Below are positions 59,135-64,000 of a stretch of 64,000 nt of DNA, piece by piece. Both the position numbers and the translations under genes were made by a program. The notes beneath the pieces were generated by a model. That model made no database searches and was not told the DNA's origin. It saw only the letters and a program-made list of their open reading frames with translations. The first letter of the stretch is position 1, and the number at the start of each line of letters is the position of its first letter. Source of the stretch: Acutalibacteraceae bacterium (lineage in GTDB: Bacteria; Bacillota; Clostridia; Oscillospirales; Acutalibacteraceae); assembly GCA_045594065.1 (NCBI GenBank), contig JAZNXU010000002.1, forward strand, positions 1,750-65,749. The letters are read 5' to 3'.

Positions 59135-59163
59135 TTAAATTTTTGTCTAACTTTTTGGGGTCA

Positions 59164-59345
59164 GTACAATAGCGGGTGGTTTTTCATTTTCGGGCATATC
59201 CCTAACCGATACTGGCGACGCACATTTTGGTTTTTAAGTCTGCGTAAAATACTTTTTGTCTGTATTTTGGCGCAAATACTATATAATAATGGCAATTCCA
59301 TTTTTTGTGTGTTAAACTATTTATACTGATTTATTCTTTTTTCAT
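59164..59345 (-). pseudogene. IS200/IS605-family Y1 (HUH) transposase TnpA, 5' fragment only, cut off by the IS3 element
   Basis: The minus-strand translation MKKE*ISINSLTHKKWNCHYYIVFAPKYRQKVFYADLKTKMCVASIG... matches the conserved IS200 TnpA N-terminus (..HTRWNCKYHIVFAPKYRR..FY). It has a nonsense codon at codon 5 and a frameshift near 59205. Coding ends abruptly at the IS3 right end. Confidence 0.75.
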
Positions 59346-59590
59346 TTATAAACCTCTTTTGAATCACGCGACTATCGCGTGGTTTTCGTTATACAATCAG
59401 AGAGCCACCTATGCAAATTTTTGCGCATTTTGCTTTAAGAAACGAAAAAATAATGTAATCATGACTACCGGCTTAGCCGGTAGTTTGCTCTGCGCCCATA
59501 AGCCGCTGTTACTGGCGGGACTGAAAGTCCACCGAATGATTTACCACTTACAAGTGGAGCCGCACGCTGCGGCGGGATTACCTTTAAAAT
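59346..59590 (-). mobile_element. probable left end / 5' UTR of the IS200-like element, including a GC-rich multi-hairpin block (59463-59585)
   Basis: Reading the minus strand: perfect hairpin ctaccggc-taa-gccggtag, then TTGCAT-17nt-TATAAC, then hairpin cacgcga-tag-tcgcgtg, then AGAGG and ATG. This resembles the IS200 left-end layout. The outer boundary is uncertain. Confidence 0.4.
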
Positions 59591-59600
59591 TCAAGACCAG

Positions 59601-60320
59601 TTGGATTTCCCCGCACATTTGCATGACAATATTGAACTGGCTTATGTGGAGCGCGGAGAGGGTGTAGCCATATGTGACGATAAGATAGTAAATTTAAAAT
59701 CGGGCGATTTCTTCATTGCTTTTCCAAATCAGGTACACAAATACGAAGGTTTTCCTAAAGGCGGTGTTTATTATATGCTTATAATAAAGCCCTCACATCT
59801 CAGCTACTATGAAAGTGTTTTCTTTGACCTTAAGCCTACCACCCCCAAATGTCACCCTGACCCCGACAGTAATATTTTTGAGCTGTTGAAAATAGCAACA
59901 TCAGAATATAAAAAAGGAACCAGCATTAATATTTTGGAATCGCTTTTTACAACAATTTTCGGAATGCTACTAAAGCATTATGAGTTGTTGCGCAACAAAA
60001 ATCCAGCCGACAAGCTTTCGGAAATACTCGCGTACTGCAACGCGCACTATAAAGAGGATATTTCGGTAGAGCAGGTTTGCAAGGCTCTATATATAAGCCG
60101 CTCCCACCTTTCACATTCTTTTAATGGCAAAATGAACATTACATTTAACGACTACATAAACTCACTAAGAATTACAGAGGCTGTAAGGCTTTTAAGTAGC
60201 GGTAAATATTCAGTTACCGAAGCCGCACTTCTTTCAGGCATTTCAACACCTCGCACCTTTTACCGCGCCTTTCGGAAAATCCACGGCGTAACACCAAGTG
60301 AATTTATCAAACAGTATTAA
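59601..60320 (+). CDS. AraC-family transcriptional regulator (cupin sensor plus HTH), probably 5'-truncated
   Basis: C-terminal AraC HTH (YISRSHLSHSFN..., GISTPRTFYRAFRKIHGVTPSEF). The cupin HxH motif starts at residue 6. TTG start without an RBS. Upstream in-frame sequence runs into the GC-rich block. Confidence 0.65.
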   Translation: MDFPAHLHDNIELAYVERGEGVAICDDKIVNLKSGDFFIAFPNQVHKYEGFPKGGVYYMLIIKPSHLSYYESVFFDLKPTTPKCHPDPDSNIFELLKIATSEYKKGTSINILESLFTTIFGMLLKHYELLRNKNPADKLSEILAYCNAHYKEDISVEQVCKALYISRSHLSHSFNGKMNITFNDYINSLRITEAVRLLSSGKYSVTEAALLSGISTPRTFYRAFRKIHGVTPSEFIKQY

Positions 60321-60403
60321 GGTATCCGCCATTTAATTCACATTCTTCTTGTAATTTTTCTTCAATTTATCTTTTATAACTTTTGAAATTTGCCGCAAAA
60401 TAA

Positions 60404-60640
60404 TATAACAAACGAAAAAAGTCGCAAATAAGCGCTGCTATTGAAAAAATTCACAGCAACTTTACAGATAACGAATTATCAATAGCAGAGTTCGCCCAAA
60501 TGTCGGGCACTACCTAGGCATACAGGTGTCTCCACATCAAAATTCAAACAACAAAAGAAAAAGCCGTATTTCAGAGTATAGACCCTGAAATGCGGCTTAA
60601 AAACATTTATTGGAACAGTTAAACATTGCAGCTTATTTGT
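60404..60640 (+). pseudogene. decayed fragment of an AraC-family HTH domain
   Basis: Translation ISAAIEKIHSNFTDNELSIAEFAQMSGTT*AY... resembles the start of an AraC HTH region. It is interrupted by a stop and apparent frameshifts and has no start codon context. Confidence 0.4.
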
Positions 60641-60743
60641 CCTTATTTTATACCTCTCGGCTGAAAATGCGAATAGCATTTACTATTCCTCATAAAAACT
60701 GCATTTTGGAAAATATTAACAAATGTAATGAACATTAAAACAT

Positions 60744-60790
60744 AAAAAATTTCGGCTCCCTTAGACTATTAATCAGTCTGTGGGAGCCGA
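60744..60790 (-). terminator. intrinsic terminator after the SIS-domain gene
   Basis: On the minus strand, tcggctccc...gggagccga followed by aaatttttt. Confidence 0.6.
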
Positions 60791-60866
60791 TTATGCATCT
60801 ATATTCTATTATATCTCGAAATAAAATCCTCTTCAAAGATATACGACACTATATATACTGATAAAT

Positions 60867-61436
60867 TTATACCGTTCCAAGACCTAACGCCTTGAAATAA
60901 CATACTATCATATGTGTGAGCATTGAATGTAAATCCTCAATTTGCTCATAAGAATCTGATGGGATGTTTACATTGATATCGGAAAGTTCTTTCAGTTTAC
61001 CGCCCTCAAAGCCTGTAAATCCAACAACTGTTCCATTGCGCGACTTTACATACTCGGCAGCACGGACAACATTAGGTGAATTACCGCTAGCAGAAATAAG
61101 CAGTATAGTGTCACCATCATTCATAAGATTTTTAAGCTGTTCAACAAAAACATCTGCATAACAAAAATCATTACCAAGGGCGGTTAAAACCTCAATATTT
61201 GCAGAAAGAGAAATTATTTTTGGGCGGTTAGTTTCACTTTTAACGGCGTTCTTACCAAAATCACAACAAAAATGATTAGATGTTCCTGCGCTACCGCCAT
61301 TGCCTGCAACAAAAATCTGATGACCCGATTTATAGCTTTCTAACAGTGCCTTGCAAACATTTTCTATTTCCTCGGCATCAAGTGTTTCGGCAAGCTTTTC
61401 AATATTATTAATATAGTTTTTAATTACTTCTAACAT
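60867..61436 (-). CDS. SIS-domain protein (GmhA-like sugar-phosphate isomerase family)
   Basis: 189 aa with VAGNGGSAGTSNHF and LLISASGNSPN motifs. Confidence 0.8.
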   Translation of the reverse strand: MLEVIKNYINNIEKLAETLDAEEIENVCKALLESYKSGHQIFVAGNGGSAGTSNHFCCDFGKNAVKSETNRPKIISLSANIEVLTALGNDFCYADVFVEQLKNLMNDGDTILLISASGNSPNVVRAAEYVKSRNGTVVGFTGFEGGKLKELSDINVNIPSDSYEQIEDLHSMLTHMIVCYFKALGLGTV

Positions 61437-62347
61437 ATTATATCTCCTTTTAAATTATCTAATACCAAAGCTGCACATCCCTTTAACGCAGCATAGCTAC
61501 CAAGGGAAGAATGCATTATTTTTACATTTGGGTTAGCTCGTATAAATAAAAAATCTCCTAACGCCTTTTCGGCAGACACTTTAAGTAAATCAAACGCCTC
61601 TGCCGCACCACCGCCTAAAACAACGGTATCTATTCCTAAAAGATTAACCGCCATGGCAGATGCTTTGCCGATATAATATCCTGCATCATACCATACCCTA
61701 TTGGCGGTTTCATCGCCATTTCGGGCATTTTCGGCTATCTGTTTGGCAGAATAGCTCTTACCTGTTTTTTCACGGTAAATAGCAGAAATTGAAGCACCTG
61801 AAGCCATCGCCTCTAAACATCCGCATCTTCCGCAACCACAAAGGCGAGCACTATTTTCTTCTACAATAAAATGACCTATTTCGCCCGCAGTGAAATTTTT
61901 TCCGCAGTAAAGTTTACCATTTAAAAAGAGTCCACCGCCAATGCCGTTACTAACGGTCATCCAAAGAAAATCTTCGGTTTGTTTGCATATACCGAAATAC
62001 TTTTCCGCTAACGCAGATATATTTACATCATTATCGCAAAAAGTAGGCAGTGAAGTTATTTCGCTGATGATTTTAACTATTTGGACATCTGCTATACCCG
62101 AAAACGGAGAATACATCCACTCCCCGCTTTGAGGATTCGCAAGCCCAGGTATTGCTACACCACACCACTTACAATTACTTGTATCAAGCTTTTCATAGCC
62201 TTCAGTTATTAATGCTATAACAGTATCTAAAGAATATTCCTTTGGATATTCGGCTCTGTGCATATCCAAAACATTGCCGTTTGCATCAAGCACTCCGCAA
62301 ATTAGTTTCGAACCGCCTATATCAACCGAAAATATATTCTCACTCAT
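61430..62347 (-). CDS. ROK-family sugar kinase
   Basis: DIGGSKL N-terminus, ExGH motif (GEIGH) and zinc motif CGCGRCGC. 7-nt overlap with the SIS gene. Confidence 0.85.
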   Translation of the reverse strand: MSENIFSVDIGGSKLICGVLDANGNVLDMHRAEYPKEYSLDTVIALITEGYEKLDTSNCKWCGVAIPGLANPQSGEWMYSPFSGIADVQIVKIISEITSLPTFCDNDVNISALAEKYFGICKQTEDFLWMTVSNGIGGGLFLNGKLYCGKNFTAGEIGHFIVEENSARLCGCGRCGCLEAMASGASISAIYREKTGKSYSAKQIAENARNGDETANRVWYDAGYYIGKASAMAVNLLGIDTVVLGGGAAEAFDLLKVSAEKALGDFLFIRANPNVKIMHSSLGSYAALKGCAALVLDNLKGDIIC

Positions 62348-62451
62348 AAAGGGCTCCTTTATCTCAAATTTGCAAAATTATTGTAACATATCATTTCGAT
62401 AATATCAAGCGCTAAAAACCGGGCGGATAATATCCGCCCATACATTATGCT

Positions 62452-63999
62452 TTAAAGTTTAATAATAGGTTCAAATGAACTGTCATCTTTTTCGAGCATT
62501 AAATATTCGTTATCTCCAAAAATTCCACTTTCTATGAATTTATTCAAGTTTTCGTCGGTTGGCTCGTAATTTTTAAAATTACCGCAACCGAACTTTAACT
62601 CGCTTGAAGTGGTGGCAATTAATGCGTTTGAATAAATTTTATTGTTATAAAACTTCAATGCCTCATTGCCCAAATTAAAACCGCGGAAATTCGTTATACG
62701 TCCGTTAAAGAAAACATTATCGGTAATATGACAGTTTTCGTATTCGCAATTGGTGGTTGCAAAGCCACCACTGTAAATAAAGCAGTCGTCGCGGTCACCG
62801 CGTGTATTGCCGTGTCCGTAGCCATTATTAAGGCAAATATTACCGCTTAAATCGACATTACGCATAGCAGCACGGTATTTAGTGCTCTTTTCTCTCGGGC
62901 AAAGCCATAATTCAAAAGAATAATGACATTTATCAAACAAATTATTTCTCCATACAACACCATTCATAATGCTGTCTTCGGTTAATTCCGCTATATGCAC
63001 CTGAGAAGTGATGGCAGCATCATAAATCTGATAAAAATAACAATTTTCGACCACCATATTTTCACAAACGCCGTAAATCTCTATAGCATTACCGTAGCGA
63101 GTTACATCGTGGCTGTTATATGGCGACGGGCGCTTTTGCTTACTTGCCTCAACAAACATTGACGAGCCGCCTATGCAACCAAACACACAGTTACGCACCG
63201 TTAAATTATATGTTGTGCTGAGACCTATTCCAAAATTGGAATATTTAAAGCAGATATTATCAAATGTTATATCTCTTGGAGGACGCACAGCAGCGTTTAC
63301 AATTGCCTGTCTTAGTGACAACTCAATTTTGCCGAACACCTTTGCAGGATTACCCTCTGCACAATACAAATACAAAAACTCATCGTGAATGCAGTGCAGA
63401 TACTCAAGGTCTCCCTTAAGGTCCTGCGGACCGTTCCATTTACCGCGCTCGCGGTGAACAACCTGTCGACCGTTAAATGCTTCGCAGTTTTTGTTATTGC
63501 CCATATCACAACGCTCTTGCTCTGCGGTGTTTTCACAAACCTTAACACCCCAAAGGTCATCATTTTCGCCAAAGAAAATGTTTCCTACATCGTGAACATA
63601 CGCAATTTTATCGCGGAATTTCCACACATTTTCCCATCTTGTAGGCACCCACAGGTGCGGATCGGAAGCGTTTATAGAACCATAGAGGCACGGTTTTTCG
63701 CCCTCGCCATAGGCAGAATATGTAACGCCATTTACGGCATCCATATGTCCGCGGAAAACACAGCCGCGCCTGAACAGCACAACATCACCGTATTTCAGGT
63801 CCGCTGTGCCCACCATTGAAAGGCTGCGCCATGCGGTATTTGGAGATTTTCCGTCGTTTTCATCGCATCCGTTTTGCGAATCAACATAATATGTATTCTT
63901 GCCCTCATAGTGGCTTGATTCTGTATTTAAAATTTCCGCCAACCTGTTTTTAGCTAAAATTTCAATTTCTTTTATTTGCTTTTCATTTGCTAATTTCAT
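62452..63999 (-). CDS. right-handed parallel beta-helix protein (paralog of 16197-17768), no signal peptide
   Basis: YYVDSQNGCDENDG...GDVVLFRRGCVFRG...YSAYGEGEKP is colinear with the lipoprotein paralog. The ATG lies 1 nt from the window edge, so the true start could be upstream. Confidence 0.65.
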   Translation of the reverse strand: MKLANEKQIKEIEILAKNRLAEILNTESSHYEGKNTYYVDSQNGCDENDGKSPNTAWRSLSMVGTADLKYGDVVLFRRGCVFRGHMDAVNGVTYSAYGEGEKPCLYGSINASDPHLWVPTRWENVWKFRDKIAYVHDVGNIFFGENDDLWGVKVCENTAEQERCDMGNNKNCEAFNGRQVVHRERGKWNGPQDLKGDLEYLHCIHDEFLYLYCAEGNPAKVFGKIELSLRQAIVNAAVRPPRDITFDNICFKYSNFGIGLSTTYNLTVRNCVFGCIGGSSMFVEASKQKRPSPYNSHDVTRYGNAIEIYGVCENMVVENCYFYQIYDAAITSQVHIAELTEDSIMNGVVWRNNLFDKCHYSFELWLCPREKSTKYRAAMRNVDLSGNICLNNGYGHGNTRGDRDDCFIYSGGFATTNCEYENCHITDNVFFNGRITNFRGFNLGNEALKFYNNKIYSNALIATTSSELKFGCGNFKNYEPTDENLNKFIESGIFGDNEYLMLEKDDSSFEPIIKL

Positions 64000-64000
64000 A

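Larger units (their letters stand above)
57723..59163 (+). mobile_element. IS3-family insertion sequence (IS150-like), 1441 bp
   Basis: Imperfect terminal inverted repeats TGAACCCCTTTTGTTAGATAAAAG (left) and TGACCCCAAAAAGTTAGACAAAA (right, reverse complement). Two-ORF transposase with a -1 frameshift site. Confidence 0.85.

Noticed and set aside
59511-59535. ACTGGCGGGAC-TGAAA-GTCC resembles the ACUGGCG plus P2 hairpin of ZTP (pfl) riboswitches
   Set aside because: The obligatory 3' pseudoknot element CCGCCUGGGC is absent, the context is an IS200-like end, and there is no purine or folate gene downstream.
59305-59667. 120-aa plus-strand ORF between the IS3 element and the AraC gene
   Set aside because: It crosses the antisense of the IS200 tnpA remnant and the hairpin block, has no RBS or homology features, and runs out of frame into the AraC coding region.
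1-64000. Looked for CRISPR arrays, rRNA genes, T-box leaders before argS and leuS, prophage or defence-system gene sets (restriction, Abi, TA, CBASS, retron)
   Set aside because: No regularly spaced repeat arrays were seen. argS and leuS are internal operon genes with no leader space. No reverse transcriptase, nuclease-helicase or other defence-type gene combinations are recognisable. The only integrase-type genes are the IS transposases.

Overview
The window looks like a chromosomal segment from an endospore-forming Firmicute of the Clostridia type. GC is moderate by eye and the genetic code is standard (TGA, TAA and TAG all end recognisable genes). I cannot assign a species from sequence alone.

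Positions 1-48.4 kb are densely packed housekeeping DNA with classic syntenies: rhaD-fucO; cdaA-cdaR; recD2-comFC; murI-DUF1934-argS; L20 leader-infC-rpmI-rplT; dprA-topA-trmFO-plsX-rnc-radical SAM-smc-ftsY; rdgB-yhbY-nadD-yqeK-rsfS-leuS. Sporulation genes are scattered through it (yunB, ytvI, and an alpha/beta-type SASP further on). A lipoprotein serpin sits at the end of the argS operon.

Positions 48.4-64 kb are accessory DNA that is visibly being remodelled. They hold a nonsense-disrupted SGNH lipoprotein gene whose intact paralog lies 7 kb downstream, tRNA-Lys followed by a 200-bp-period direct repeat, and a signal-peptide-less GH95 gene beside five esterase genes. They also hold an IS3-family element that cuts off an IS200/IS605 tnpA remnant, a probably 5'-truncated AraC gene, a decayed AraC fragment, and a SIS-ROK-beta-helix gene set.

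Two tRNAs are present, Leu-UAG and Lys-UUU. Each is associated with a partial self-duplication about 200 bp away across a GC-rich, hairpin-rich spacer. I found no rRNA, no CRISPR array and no recognisable defence system. The most unusual items are structural or regulatory oddities and gene-decay scars, not a clearly new multi-gene system.
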